64,000 bases of DNA from Bacteroidales bacterium (GTDB lineage: Bacteria; Bacteroidota; Bacteroidia; Bacteroidales; ML635J-15), in the NCBI GenBank assembly GCA_017617125.1, contig JAFZWY010000051.1, forward strand, positions 16,008 through 80,007, in the 5' to 3' direction. Below the pieces are notes generated by a model. That model was given only the letters and a program-made list of their open reading frames with translations, was not told the origin of the DNA and did no database searches. The translations under genes were made by a program, and so were the position numbers. Shown here in pieces: positions 54,466-64,000 of this stretch; position 1 is the first letter of the stretch, and each line of letters opens with the position of its first letter.

Positions 54466-54473
54466 TATTTTTG
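54466..54473 (+). promoter_or_regulatory. -7 promoter box TATTTTTG for the CBS-domain gene operon
   Basis: Perfect TAnnTTTG, 22 nt before the putative TTG start at 54496. Confidence 0.5.
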
Positions 54474-54495
54474 CACTCAATAAATTATAGAAAAA

Positions 54496-55158
54496 TTGAC
54501 CACTGAAGACATTATAGATTTATCGATTCCCAGCATTACCGTAGCCGATACATGTTCGCGTGCGCTGATGCTCATGGATACCTACAAGTTGTCGCAACTG
54601 CCAGTTACCGATGGCGGTTTGTATGTCGGACTTATTTCCGAGGACGAAATTTACGACAAGGAAATGTTCGAAGAGCTGATATCGAGCTATGGCGTTCTGC
54701 GCTGTCCGTACGTGCTTTCGTCGCAGCATGTGTTCGATGCCCTCGATGTTGCTGTGCGTTTTTCGATTCCAATGGTTCCTGTTATTAGCGCCGATCATAA
54801 GTATTTGGGTTCAATAACGATGCAGAACCTGGTGGATGCGCTTGCAAAAATTTCGAATGTGCAGGCAAAAGGCGCTGTGCTTATACTCGAAATGGGCGTA
54901 CACGACTATTCACTGTCGGAAATTGCAAGGATAGTTGAGTCGGAAAACGGCAGGATTTTGGCTTCGTATGTTACCGAGTACGAGGATTCCACAAAAATCG
55001 ATGTTACCATTGTGCTGAACCAGACCGAAGTATCACCTGTTGTAAAGTCGCTCGAGAGGTATGGCTACAAGGTAAACGCTTTCTTCTCGGGTGTCGACAA
55101 AATCGACGACTTCTATCGCGACAGATACGAGTTGCTAATGAACTACATGAAGATATGA
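54496..55158 (+). CDS. CBS-domain pair protein (220 aa)
   Basis: Two CBS-like units (..LSQLPVTDGGLYVGLISEDEI.., ..IPMVPVISADHKYLGSITMQNLV..) plus a C-terminal ACT-like part. The start codon is uncertain because TTG is used. Confidence 0.7.
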   Translation: MTTEDIIDLSIPSITVADTCSRALMLMDTYKLSQLPVTDGGLYVGLISEDEIYDKEMFEELISSYGVLRCPYVLSSQHVFDALDVAVRFSIPMVPVISADHKYLGSITMQNLVDALAKISNVQAKGAVLILEMGVHDYSLSEIARIVESENGRILASYVTEYEDSTKIDVTIVLNQTEVSPVVKSLERYGYKVNAFFSGVDKIDDFYRDRYELLMNYMKI

Positions 55159-56540
55159 GAAGAATTCTCCTTGCAAGCATATTGCTGATTTGTTCGGCTT
55201 GTGCGTTTGCGCAGGAGAAATACTTGCATATATCCGGCATTTCGCTGTCGGGAAATGAAAAGACAAAGCCACAGACAATACTTCGCGAGTTCGGGTATTC
55301 GGCGGGCGATAGTATTTCAGAGACCGACATCGACAAGGAAATACAGAACTTTACCGACAATCTTCACCGTCTTATGCTTTTCAACGACGTTGACGTGTCG
55401 TACTCGGCCGATAGTGCAGGTGCTGTTGCCGTCGAAGTGAATGTCGTCGAGCGCTGGTACTACTGGGTTTATCCTATTCTCGAAATTGCCGACCGCAACC
55501 TTACATCGTATTTCTACTACAAGGATTTCAGAAGGATAAACTACGGTGTCGCCTTCGACTGGCTCAATTTCCGCGGTCGCAACGAAATGCTCAACTTCAA
55601 GGTGCGTCTCGGCTACAAGGAGCATTACGCGGTTTCGTATCAGAAGCCAAACATCGGCAGACGGCATTGGAATGGAATCTGGCTGAAAGCCGAATATTTC
55701 CGTCAGAAGAAGGACATAGCCTACGTGTCGGAATGCAAGCCCATTTATGCCGACAATGCCGGACAATATATCCGAAACATCATTGATGTTGGCGGCGGAT
55801 ATGTATTACGTCCGCATGTGAACTACGAGTTTTCGTTGTCGCTTACATACCTGAACATCCGCAGCCGAGATTCGCTTTTGCTAGCCTATACTTCTGAAAA
55901 ACAGGATTATATGGTTCCATCTTTCAGTTTCGACTACGACAACCGCGACAGCAAGGTGGCTCCAACGTCTGGATTGCATGCCGCCCTCGGCGTGAAGGTT
56001 TTTGCCGATTTCTACGCCAATGCCTTTGCCTTTGCAAACCTCGAAATGCAATATAGCACAAGCATTTATCAAAACCGACTATACTACCACGGGACACTTT
56101 TGCACAGGCAGTTTTTCGGAAGCTATACGGCGGTGCCGACAAACATAAGGATTGAATTGTGCCGCGACAATCTTATCCGCGGGTTCGACTATTATTACAT
56201 TCTTGGGCAGAATTTCTCCGCCTTGCAGAATACTTTCAGCGTGAAGCTGCTCGACAGATGCGATTTTTCGTTACCGAGGTGGATTCCGAAGAAGTTCAGG
56301 CAGCCGTATATTCAAATTTTTGCCGACCTGTTTGCCGATTTGGTGTATTGTAGTAATTTTGCGGTTGGTTTTAAGGACGAAAATCCATTGTTACACAAGC
56401 CCATATATTCGGCCGGAGCCGGGTTGAGCTTCGAGACATACTACGACCGTGTTCTAAAGGTCTATATGGCATACAATGGAAACTTTAATTTTTTCGGGGT
56501 GTTTGTCGATTATGTGACGCCCATTTATAAGAAATTTTGA
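55155..56540 (+). CDS. BamA/TamA-family (Omp85, surface antigen D15) outer-membrane protein with one POTRA-like domain (461 aa)
   Basis: Signal peptide, a POTRA-like ISGISLSGNEKTKPQTILREFGYSAGDSI, then a long beta-barrel-like region ending in an aromatic residue (..YKKF). There is a 4-nt ATGA overlap with the upstream gene. Confidence 0.75.
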   Translation: MRRILLASILLICSACAFAQEKYLHISGISLSGNEKTKPQTILREFGYSAGDSISETDIDKEIQNFTDNLHRLMLFNDVDVSYSADSAGAVAVEVNVVERWYYWVYPILEIADRNLTSYFYYKDFRRINYGVAFDWLNFRGRNEMLNFKVRLGYKEHYAVSYQKPNIGRRHWNGIWLKAEYFRQKKDIAYVSECKPIYADNAGQYIRNIIDVGGGYVLRPHVNYEFSLSLTYLNIRSRDSLLLAYTSEKQDYMVPSFSFDYDNRDSKVAPTSGLHAALGVKVFADFYANAFAFANLEMQYSTSIYQNRLYYHGTLLHRQFFGSYTAVPTNIRIELCRDNLIRGFDYYYILGQNFSALQNTFSVKLLDRCDFSLPRWIPKKFRQPYIQIFADLFADLVYCSNFAVGFKDENPLLHKPIYSAGAGLSFETYYDRVLKVYMAYNGNFNFFGVFVDYVTPIYKKF

Positions 56541-56552
56541 TTCGAAGAGAGT

Positions 56553-57434
56553 ATGAACATAGCTATTCACGGACGTAACTTCGGGAGCAATTTCAGCGGA
56601 ATGCTGATACAGTTGTTCGAACTGATGAAGGAATATGGCATGGAGTTGTATGTCAACGAGAAATTCTACAACTTTATGGTCGAAAAGACAATGTTCAAGC
56701 CCGAAGTAAAGGGCTTGTATTCGGACAAGCTTCCTGCCGACGTGAAATTCGACTTCATGCTGAGCATTGGTGGTGATGGTACTTTCCTCGAGTCGGCAAC
56801 ATTTGTAGGCGCTTCGGGAATACCGATGCTGGGCATAAATACCGGCAGGCTGGGATTTTTGTCGTACGTTAATACGCAGAATATCCGCAAGGCCATCGAA
56901 CAGCTTGTAAATCACGACTATGAGATAGAAAAAAGGATGCTTCTCGAAGTGTCTGCCGAAACACCGTTCTACGGCGACATAAATTTCTGCCTCAACGACT
57001 TCTCAATTCTAAAGAAGTCGCGTCTTAGCATGATAAAAATCAAGGTTTCGGCCGACGACAACTACATCAACACCTACTGGTCCGACGGACTTATAGTTTC
57101 GACACCTACAGGCTCCACTGCGTATTCGCTCAGTTGCGGAGGACCTATCGTAACATCGCAGTCGAACGTGATGCTTATCACTCCTATTGCAAATCACAAT
57201 CTTACGGTTCGTCCGCTGGTAATTTCGGCCGATTCTGAGATAAAAATTTCGGTCGATTCCAACGAAGGAAGTGTGCTCGCTTCGCTCGATTACAAGTCGT
57301 ATGCGATTAAGAACCTGAAACAAATTACAATCCGTAGAGCAAATTTTTATATAAATTTTGTGAATCTATTTAAAAATACATATTTTTGCACCTTACGAGA
57401 AAAGCTTATGTGGGGAGTTGATTTGAGAAATTAA
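56553..57434 (+). CDS. nadK: NAD kinase (293 aa)
   Basis: GGDGTFL motif, NTGRLGFL, and ..STPTGSTAYSLSCGGPIV.. are typical of NadK. Confidence 0.92.
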   Translation: MNIAIHGRNFGSNFSGMLIQLFELMKEYGMELYVNEKFYNFMVEKTMFKPEVKGLYSDKLPADVKFDFMLSIGGDGTFLESATFVGASGIPMLGINTGRLGFLSYVNTQNIRKAIEQLVNHDYEIEKRMLLEVSAETPFYGDINFCLNDFSILKKSRLSMIKIKVSADDNYINTYWSDGLIVSTPTGSTAYSLSCGGPIVTSQSNVMLITPIANHNLTVRPLVISADSEIKISVDSNEGSVLASLDYKSYAIKNLKQITIRRANFYINFVNLFKNTYFCTLREKLMWGVDLRN

Positions 57435-57483
57435 CCTCACGTAAATTGTTGGTTTATAAGAAAATAGAAAAGAAATTATCGAT

Positions 57484-58443
57484 ATGAAAAGATTTGCAGT
57501 CTTGACAATTCTTATGCTTTTTGTGACGGTTTTTGCTGTTGCACAGAGTAGGGATTGGAGAAGATACAGGCAGGAATTAGTTTTCGGAGCAGGTACTGCG
57601 GAGTTTATGGGCGACCTTGGAGGAGGTAAGGGCGTCGGTACTCACTTCGTGAAGGACTTCGATATTCAGGCAGGTCGTTGGGCATTTATGGCAGCTTACG
57701 GATACAAGGTTTCCGAAAGGTTTACATTGCGCACAGGGTTGTACTACGGACGTGTTTACGGAAGCGACCGCTTTACTCCCGAATACGCACGTAACGGACG
57801 TAACCTTACTTTCCGCTCGCCGATAATTGAATTGAACGAGGTTGTCGAATTTTCGCTGCTTCGTGAAACTTATGGACACCGCTACCACATCAAGCGTGCC
57901 AAAGGTAAGAAGCCGACTCCAAACATCTACATTTTCGCTGGTATCGGCGGATTTTTCTTCAACCCGAGAGCTCAGTACATGCCAGTTGTAAGGGATGATT
58001 TGGGTAACGCAGTAGTTGATGCCGAAGGCAACACTATCCCCGATGAGTCTGATTCAAGATACGGAAAGTGGTATTCGTTGCAGCCGCTGGGAACCGAAGG
58101 ACAAGGAATTGTATCAACCCGTAAGAAATACAGCCGTATCCAGATGTCGATTCCTTTTGGTGTCGGTATGAATGCCCTTATCACACGTAGCTGGGGTATC
58201 GGTTTCGACTTCGGATTCCGCTACACCCTCACCGACTACATCGACGATGTTAGCAATACTTACGTTTCTCCCGATATTTACGACGACGAGATTGCAAGCT
58301 ATTTTGCAAACCCGGATAGCAAATACACGGTAAATGCTGGCGAACAGCGTGGCCAGAACAAGTGGAACGATGCTTATATGTTCTTGACTGTCAAGGTTAC
58401 ATACAAGTTGTTCTCGAACCGCAGAGGTAGATCGAAATTTTAA
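57484..58443 (+). CDS. outer-membrane beta-barrel protein (DUF6089-like; family name from memory, tentative; 319 aa)
   Basis: Signal peptide MKRFAVLTILMLFVTVFAVAQ, alternating beta-strand pattern, C-terminal aromatic (..RGRSKF). It is a paralogue of the next gene. Confidence 0.6.
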   Translation: MKRFAVLTILMLFVTVFAVAQSRDWRRYRQELVFGAGTAEFMGDLGGGKGVGTHFVKDFDIQAGRWAFMAAYGYKVSERFTLRTGLYYGRVYGSDRFTPEYARNGRNLTFRSPIIELNEVVEFSLLRETYGHRYHIKRAKGKKPTPNIYIFAGIGGFFFNPRAQYMPVVRDDLGNAVVDAEGNTIPDESDSRYGKWYSLQPLGTEGQGIVSTRKKYSRIQMSIPFGVGMNALITRSWGIGFDFGFRYTLTDYIDDVSNTYVSPDIYDDEIASYFANPDSKYTVNAGEQRGQNKWNDAYMFLTVKVTYKLFSNRRGRSKF

Positions 58444-58488
58444 GATTATATTAAAAATATATTGCATGATTTTGCGTTATATCCAAGT

Positions 58489-59265
58489 ATGGATAGGCTG
58501 AACAAAAGATCATATAAACTTATAAGGCAAATGACGGTAGCGACGTTACTGTCGTTTGCTTTTTTATTTGGAGCCTTGCAAGCCAAGGCACAGTATGGTC
58601 TCGAGGTCGGATTCAACGCAGGCGTTTCATACTACATGGGCGACATAAACTATGCAAGGCAGTTCTATCATCCAAGACACAATTTAGGCGCATCGCTTAA
58701 GTTCCATTTCAGCAGCAGGGTTATACTCAGACTCGGATATTTCAACACCCGACTTGTGGGTCGCGATGCCGATTTCAAGAATACATTCCAGCAAGTGCGA
58801 AACAAGGAATTTGGCGTTTCGCTGAACGAAATCTCGGCTCAGGCCGAAATAAATTTTTTGCCTTATAATTACGGCGATGTGGCACACAACAGTTTCACCC
58901 CCTATATGCAGCTGGGTGTGGCTGGCGCGTTTGTAGGCCGCACTGCCAATGACGAGGATTTCTTTACAATGGCAATACCTTTCGGGTTCGGATTTAAGAA
59001 AAATATTCTTCCGAGACTGGTGCTCAGCGTCGAATGGGCTTTCCGTTGGACATTCTCCGATATGATCGACGGGATTACAAACGAAAGCATAAAGAAGGAC
59101 TACGAGCTAGCATACGGTAAACCGTTGACAGAAGACATAAATATGAAACAGCTCGGCTTCCGTTACACCAACGACTGGTATTCGGTGGCTCTGGTTGGAA
59201 TCTCGTATACGTTTAAGATTGGCGGACTAGGTTGCCCTGCCTATTACAAGAAACACGATAAATAG
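58489..59265 (+). CDS. outer-membrane beta-barrel protein, paralogue of 57484..58443 (start ambiguous: 58489 or 58531)
   Basis: Signal peptide ..MTVATLLSFAFLFGALQAKAQ. Motifs shared with the upstream gene include G.N.G.SYYMGD / GAGTAEFMGD. The TTG at 58462 from the ORF track is unlikely to be the start. Confidence 0.6.
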   Translation: MDRLNKRSYKLIRQMTVATLLSFAFLFGALQAKAQYGLEVGFNAGVSYYMGDINYARQFYHPRHNLGASLKFHFSSRVILRLGYFNTRLVGRDADFKNTFQQVRNKEFGVSLNEISAQAEINFLPYNYGDVAHNSFTPYMQLGVAGAFVGRTANDEDFFTMAIPFGFGFKKNILPRLVLSVEWAFRWTFSDMIDGITNESIKKDYELAYGKPLTEDINMKQLGFRYTNDWYSVALVGISYTFKIGGLGCPAYYKKHDK

Positions 59266-59266
59266 A

Positions 59267-60010
59267 ATGGACTTACTTGATCAGATAGATAGGACAAAAC
59301 TTCCGCAGCATGTGGCATTCATCATGGACGGAAACGGACGCTGGGCCAAGAAGCGCGGACAGATACGGCTCTTCGGCCATAAGAAGGGCGTATCTACTGT
59401 GAAGGAAATACTTACCACTGCTGGAAATCTTGGTATCAAGTATGTCACCGTATATGCGTTCTCAACCGAGAACTGGAGTCGTCCGGTCGATGAGGTTGGC
59501 GGTATAATGAACCTCCTGTCGAAGGCTATCGACGACGAAATCGAAAACATGATGAAGAACGGCGTGAAGGTGTCGATGATAGGCGAGATGGAACGTCTGC
59601 CGAAGTACCTTCGCGAAAAAGTTGCCTATGTCATCGAAAAGACTAAAAATAACGAAAAGCTCAATTTTATCGTGGCACTAAGCTACAGCGGACGCTGGGA
59701 TATAGTGGAGGCTGCCCGCAAGATGGCGAAGGACTGCGTCGATGGCAAGATTTCGCCAGCCGACATCAGCTACGATATGTTTCCTAACTATCTTTCTACA
59801 GCAGGCGTACCCGATCCCGAACTTATGATACGTACGAGCGGCGAGTCGAGAATTAGCAATTTCCTACTGTACCAGCTTGCGTACAGCGAATTGTATTTTA
59901 CCGATGTGCTGTGGCCGGATTTCAATAGCGAGGAGTTGTACAAGGCTTTGATAAGCTACCAGAACAGGGAGCGCAGGTTCGGAAAAACAAGTGAGCAAGT
60001 AAAAAAGTAA
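59267..60010 (+). CDS. uppS: isoprenyl transferase / undecaprenyl-diphosphate synthase (247 aa)
   Basis: HVAFIMDGNGRWAKKRG, YAFSTENWSRP, and RTSGE.R.SNFLLYQLAYSELYF are all UPPS signatures. Confidence 0.95.
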   Translation: MDLLDQIDRTKLPQHVAFIMDGNGRWAKKRGQIRLFGHKKGVSTVKEILTTAGNLGIKYVTVYAFSTENWSRPVDEVGGIMNLLSKAIDDEIENMMKNGVKVSMIGEMERLPKYLREKVAYVIEKTKNNEKLNFIVALSYSGRWDIVEAARKMAKDCVDGKISPADISYDMFPNYLSTAGVPDPELMIRTSGESRISNFLLYQLAYSELYFTDVLWPDFNSEELYKALISYQNRERRFGKTSEQVKK

Positions 60011-60014
60011 TGGT

Positions 60015-62522
60015 ATGAGAAAGTTTGTTTTGATATTGATGTTGTTTGTTTTCGCGGTTTCGGCAGCGAAGGCTCAGAATACCATATATTCCAGTGGAAG
60101 CACTATAAATTACTTGTCGCCCAAGGAATACGAAATTGGCGGTGTGACCATCTCCGGAGTGCAGTACCTCGATCAGAACGTGCTGCTTTATCTTACCGGA
60201 CTCGAGATTGGAAAGCGAATCTCGGTACCCGGTCAGGATATTGCCGATGCAATAAAGAAATTGTGGGAACAGGGACTTTTCTCCGATGTAAAGATTTCTG
60301 TTACAAATACTATCGGCGACAAGATTTTCCTCGACATCTACCTTGAAGAGCGTCCACGACTGTCTAAATTCTCGTTCAAGGGCGTAAAGAAGGGCGAAGC
60401 CGACGACATCCGTGAGAACATAAAGCTTACAAAAGGTTCGCAGGTTACCGAAAACATGAAACTGTCGTCGGAGCAGTACATTAAGGACTACTTCATAGAC
60501 AAGGGATTTTTCGATGCCGAAGTTACAATTACAGAGGAACAGGATTCGAGCCTTGCCAACAGTGTTATACTTGTTTTCGATATCAATAAGCACGAAAGGA
60601 TAAAGATCCAGGAGATAATCTTCGAAGGCAACAATTCGATCAAGGATGCAAAACTTCGTCGTAAGATGAAGGAGACAAAGCGTAAAAGATGGTATACTTT
60701 TTTCAAGGCTTCGAAGTATATACCGAAGAATTATGCCGACGACAAGAAGAAGCTTATCGAGAAATACAACGAGGAAGGCTACCGCGATGCGATTATCGTC
60801 TACGATTCAATTTCACGCAACGACGAGAAAACCATCAATTTATATATAGGTATAGACGAAGGTCATAAATTCTATTTCCGCAATATAACCTGGTTGGGAA
60901 ACACCATGTATTCGTCGGAACAGCTTTCGAATGTACTTGGCATAAAGAAAGGCGATGTGTATAGCAGTAAGGTACTCGACGAAAAGTTGCTTTACGACCC
61001 GACAGGCGTCATGGCTTTGTATCAGGACAATGGTTATTTGTTCTCGAATGCGCAGCCAATCGAGGTGCTCGTCGAGAACGACTCTATCGACCTTGAGATG
61101 AGAATTTACGAGGGCAAGCAGGCAACAATAAACCGTATTACCCTTGTCGGCAATACCCGTACCAACGATCATGTTATCATGCGCGAGGTACGTACCCGTC
61201 CCGGAAGCCTTTACAATCGATCCGAAGTGCAGCGTACGATCCGCGAGCTTGCTCAGTTAGGTTACTTCAATCCTGAAAAGTTGAATGTCGACTTCAGTCC
61301 AGACCCTGTTTCGGGAACCGTTGATCTTGAATATACAGTTGAAGAAAAACCCTCCGACCAGATTCAAGTTTCAGGTGGATATGGGGCTGGAATGTTTGTT
61401 GGAACATTGGGAGTCACTTTTACTAATTTCTCGTTGCGCAACATGTTCAACTTCAAGGCGTATAGGCCTCTGCCGTCGGGCGATGGACAGCGTCTGTCGA
61501 TTCAGGCCTCGGCAAGCGGATTGTATTACCAGAACTATAGTTTCTCGTTTGTCGATCCATGGTTTGGCGGCAAGAAGCCAAATTCGTTCTCGTTGTCTGT
61601 ATATCATTCCAACGTAAGATATTATGGCGAGACCGAAAGCAAGGATGATCGTCAGACATTCAAGGTGACCGGCGCTGGTATAGGTTTGGGTCAGCGTCTG
61701 CAGGTTCCCGACGACTATTTCACTCTTTACCTCGAATTGTCATATAAGCGCTATAACATAAACAATTACTCTAACTATGCGATGATTTTCAATCAGGGCG
61801 TAGCTAATAACTTGTCCTTTAAGGCTGTGCTTGGTCGTTCATCGTCGGGACCAAACCCGATTTACCCGACAATGGGTTCCGAATTCTCGGTATCAGCCGA
61901 ACTTACTCCGCCATATTCATACATGAACGGCAAGGACTACACCGATCCCGACATGCCATTGCAGGAACGCTACAAGTGGATTGAATATCATAAATATAAG
62001 GCATCTGCGAAGTGGTTTACTACCCTTCTCGGTCCAAAGGACGGAAGCTCAAGGGCTCTGGTGCTTGTTACAAAGGCAGAGTTCGGTTTGCTTGGAATGT
62101 ATAACAAGAACGTCGGCAAGTCGCCGTTTGAATACTTCCAGGTTGGTGGTGATGGACTTTACGGCTACAACCTATATGGTGCCGAAAATATTGGTCTGCG
62201 TGGTTATGCAAACCAGTCGCTTACACCTGCTTCGAATGGTTATGTTTACAACAAATATACAGTCGAACTTCGTTACCCGATGTCGCTCAACCCGAATGCT
62301 ACATTCTATGCAATCGCTTTTGCCGAGGCTGGTAACTGCTGGTATTCAATCGAGAATTTCCGTCCGTTCGACGTCAAGCGTTCCGCTGGTGTGGGTGTCA
62401 GAGTTTACATGTCGATGATTGGTCTTATCGGTGTCGACTGGGGCTATGGCTTCGACGAGGTGCCAGGAGCAACGGGAGTAAACGGAAGCCAGTTCCATTT
62501 CGTAATAGGACAGAATTTCTAA
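60015..62522 (+). CDS. bamA: outer membrane protein assembly factor BamA (835 aa)
   Basis: Signal peptide, five POTRA-length repeats (..IEFEGN.., ..ITLVGNTRTNDHVIMRE..) and a C-terminal Omp85 barrel ending ..FHFVIGQNF. It follows uppS, as is typical in Bacteroidota. Confidence 0.93.
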   Translation: MRKFVLILMLFVFAVSAAKAQNTIYSSGSTINYLSPKEYEIGGVTISGVQYLDQNVLLYLTGLEIGKRISVPGQDIADAIKKLWEQGLFSDVKISVTNTIGDKIFLDIYLEERPRLSKFSFKGVKKGEADDIRENIKLTKGSQVTENMKLSSEQYIKDYFIDKGFFDAEVTITEEQDSSLANSVILVFDINKHERIKIQEIIFEGNNSIKDAKLRRKMKETKRKRWYTFFKASKYIPKNYADDKKKLIEKYNEEGYRDAIIVYDSISRNDEKTINLYIGIDEGHKFYFRNITWLGNTMYSSEQLSNVLGIKKGDVYSSKVLDEKLLYDPTGVMALYQDNGYLFSNAQPIEVLVENDSIDLEMRIYEGKQATINRITLVGNTRTNDHVIMREVRTRPGSLYNRSEVQRTIRELAQLGYFNPEKLNVDFSPDPVSGTVDLEYTVEEKPSDQIQVSGGYGAGMFVGTLGVTFTNFSLRNMFNFKAYRPLPSGDGQRLSIQASASGLYYQNYSFSFVDPWFGGKKPNSFSLSVYHSNVRYYGETESKDDRQTFKVTGAGIGLGQRLQVPDDYFTLYLELSYKRYNINNYSNYAMIFNQGVANNLSFKAVLGRSSSGPNPIYPTMGSEFSVSAELTPPYSYMNGKDYTDPDMPLQERYKWIEYHKYKASAKWFTTLLGPKDGSSRALVLVTKAEFGLLGMYNKNVGKSPFEYFQVGGDGLYGYNLYGAENIGLRGYANQSLTPASNGYVYNKYTVELRYPMSLNPNATFYAIAFAEAGNCWYSIENFRPFDVKRSAGVGVRVYMSMIGLIGVDWGYGFDEVPGATGVNGSQFHFVIGQNF

Positions 62523-62570
62523 ATGGAACGATTATTGTATTGGGGAATAGCGTAAATGAATTTTTTGAAT

Positions 62571-62578
62571 TAACTTTG
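62571..62578 (+). promoter_or_regulatory. -7 promoter box TAACTTTG upstream of skp/ompH
   Basis: Perfect TAnnTTTG, 49 nt before the ATG at 62628. Confidence 0.45.
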
Positions 62579-62627
62579 CAGAATCATCGAATCTTTGAAT
62601 TATAGAATATTTAAATTGTAGTAGTAT

Positions 62628-63140
62628 ATGAAACGAATTATTTTACTTGCAGTGGCTATCTTGTTTGCAACATTTGCATTCAGCCAGAAATACGCATACG
62701 TCGATACTGAATACATACTGAACAACATTCCTGTTTACGAGTCGGCAAAGACCCAGCTTGAGGACCTTACCAAGGAGTGGAAAAAGGAAATCGATGCCAA
62801 GAAGACAGCAATCGATCAGATGTACCAGAACTACCAGTCGGAAAGAATACTCCTTACCGAGGAACTTCGTGCAAAACGCGAGGATGAAATTATGAAGAAG
62901 GAGCAGGAACTCAAGCAGTTGCAGCAGAAGTACTTTGGCGAAAGTGGAATGCTCTACAAGAAACGCGAAGAGTTGATAAAGCCCATCCAGGACGACATCT
63001 ACAATGCAATAAAGGAAATTGCTACCGAAGGCAACTATGCTGTTATCTTCGATACGGCAAACAACCTCAACATGCTCTATACTGATCCTCGTCACGACAA
63101 GAGCGATGATGTGTTGAGAAAATTGGGATACAAGAATTAA
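62628..63140 (+). CDS. OmpH/Skp family periplasmic chaperone (170 aa)
   Basis: Signal peptide, coiled-coil-rich sequence (..KEWKKEIDAKK..LQQKYFGE..), and position after bamA. Confidence 0.88.
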   Translation: MKRIILLAVAILFATFAFSQKYAYVDTEYILNNIPVYESAKTQLEDLTKEWKKEIDAKKTAIDQMYQNYQSERILLTEELRAKREDEIMKKEQELKQLQQKYFGESGMLYKKREELIKPIQDDIYNAIKEIATEGNYAVIFDTANNLNMLYTDPRHDKSDDVLRKLGYKN

Positions 63141-63167
63141 AGTGCTAATAATAAATAATTTGAATAG

Positions 63168-63674
63168 ATGAGAAGATTAGTTTTAGTATTGGTGTTGTGC
63201 GTGAGCAGCGTATTTGTGTTCTCACAGAAGGCAGTTAAGTTGGCTCATGTTGATGTGCAGGCAATATTCGGCGAAATGCCAGAAAAGGCTGCAGCAACCA
63301 AGGAAGTAGAAGATTATGCAAAGACCCTCGAAGACCAGATGCAGGTGATGTACAAGGAATACGAGACCAAGATGAAGGAATATACCGAAAACAAGGACAC
63401 ATGGTCGGCTCTTATCCGTCAGGACAAGGAAGAAGCTATAATGTCGTTGCAGCAGCGTATCCAGAACTTCCAGCAGCAGGCCGAAACCGACTTGCAGAAC
63501 CGTGAGGCTGCCTTGCTCGAGCCTATCACCAACAAGATTAAGGATGCAATAAATTCTGTAGCTGCAGAACAAGGCTTGACTTACGTTTACGACAAGACCA
63601 CTTTGCTCTATACTTCGCCCGATGCTACTGACATCACCAACGATGTAAAGGCAAAACTTGGAATAAAGAAATAA
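63168..63674 (+). CDS. OmpH/Skp family periplasmic chaperone, second copy (168 aa)
   Basis: Signal peptide and a coiled-coil pattern similar to the upstream paralogue. Confidence 0.88.
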   Translation: MRRLVLVLVLCVSSVFVFSQKAVKLAHVDVQAIFGEMPEKAAATKEVEDYAKTLEDQMQVMYKEYETKMKEYTENKDTWSALIRQDKEEAIMSLQQRIQNFQQQAETDLQNREAALLEPITNKIKDAINSVAAEQGLTYVYDKTTLLYTSPDATDITNDVKAKLGIKK

Positions 63675-63688
63675 GTTGAATTTTGAAG

Positions 63689-63736
63689 GCATTTCCAAAA
63701 GTACGGCTTGTGTGTCGGCTTGTGGAAATGCTTTTT
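63689..63736 (+). terminator. rho-independent terminator after the second skp gene
   Basis: A 9-bp stem (gcatttcca / tggaaatgc) with a 25-nt loop, followed by T5. Confidence 0.55.
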
Positions 63737-63744
63737 ATTTTATC

Positions 63745-64000
63745 ATGAACGAAAACAGCCCAATAGGAGTATTTGATAGCGGAATAGGCGGACTCACCGT
63801 CCTTCGCGAACTTCTCGCCGAACTTCCCGACGAGGATTTCATCTATTTTGCCGACAGCAAGAATGCTCCGTATGGTCCGCGTTCGGTTGAGGAAGTTACC
63901 GCATTGTCGTCGCGGATTGTGAACTTCTTGGTTTCTAAGGGCTGTAAGATTGTTGTAATTGCCTGTAACACGGCAACGGCGGCGGCGGTTTATGCTATGC
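63745..64000 (+). CDS. murI: glutamate racemase, 3' end cut by the window edge
   Basis: MNENSPIGVFDSGIGGLTVLREL...FIYFADSKNAPYGPRS...IVVIACNTATAAA contains both MurI N-terminal signatures. Confidence 0.92.
   Translation, partial: MNENSPIGVFDSGIGGLTVLRELLAELPDEDFIYFADSKNAPYGPRSVEEVTALSSRIVNFLVSKGCKIVVIACNTATAAAVYAM

Noticed and set aside
45586-54495. A classic tRNA-integrated genomic island
   Set aside because: I could not find an integrase or recombinase gene, or a direct repeat of the tRNA-Ala 3' end, by eye. The C10 gene has host-like GC. It is kept only as a variable-locus hypothesis in the findings.
57484-59265. The tandem beta-barrel OMP paralogues and the duplicated skp/ompH genes (62628..63674) as something unusual
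   Set aside because: To my knowledge this arrangement around uppS-bamA-skp-skp-murI is the standard conserved Bacteroidota layout, so it is ordinary core genome.

Overview
This is a chromosomal segment from a Bacteroidota genome, probably Bacteroidales. Three things support that: TAnnTTTG -7 promoter boxes precede many genes, SecDF is fused, and the conserved block nadK / beta-barrel OMPs / uppS / bamA / skp / skp / murI is present. I call 42 protein genes and one tRNA-Ala(CGC). I found no rRNA, CRISPR array, transposase or integrase. Housekeeping genes include pgk, secDF, fbp, lpxK, a purine nucleoside phosphorylase, rbfA, nadK, uppS, bamA and murI. They are interleaved with an accessory layer dominated by type IX secretion (T9SS). 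That layer holds five predicted cargo proteins with C-terminal sorting domains: two tandem beta-propeller/PKD paralogues, two giant adhesin-like paralogues (2,094 and about 1,734 aa), and a C10 cysteine protease with two CUB-like domains. It also holds a PorP/SprF plus PorE-like operon head-to-head with the first giant gene. Four observations stand out. (1) Both giant genes are compositional mosaics: an AT-rich passenger (about 28-35% GC in hand-counted windows) is joined to a GC-rich (55-60%) C-terminal module that the two genes share. (2) An AT-rich orphan AAA-type ATPase gene is bracketed by 32-bp direct repeats built from ATACAT/ATGTAT palindromes. (3) A patchwork of short REP-like modules fills the intergenic regions that delimit the accessory genes, including an 830-bp gene-free stretch with perfect 29-bp and 53-bp duplications. 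(4) Several -7 boxes sit only 4-8 nt from the start codon, which implies leaderless or nearly leaderless mRNAs. I did not recognise a complete, self-evident novel multi-gene system. The candidates are reported as hypotheses with tests. All protein family calls come from reading motifs in the supplied translations; no database search was run.
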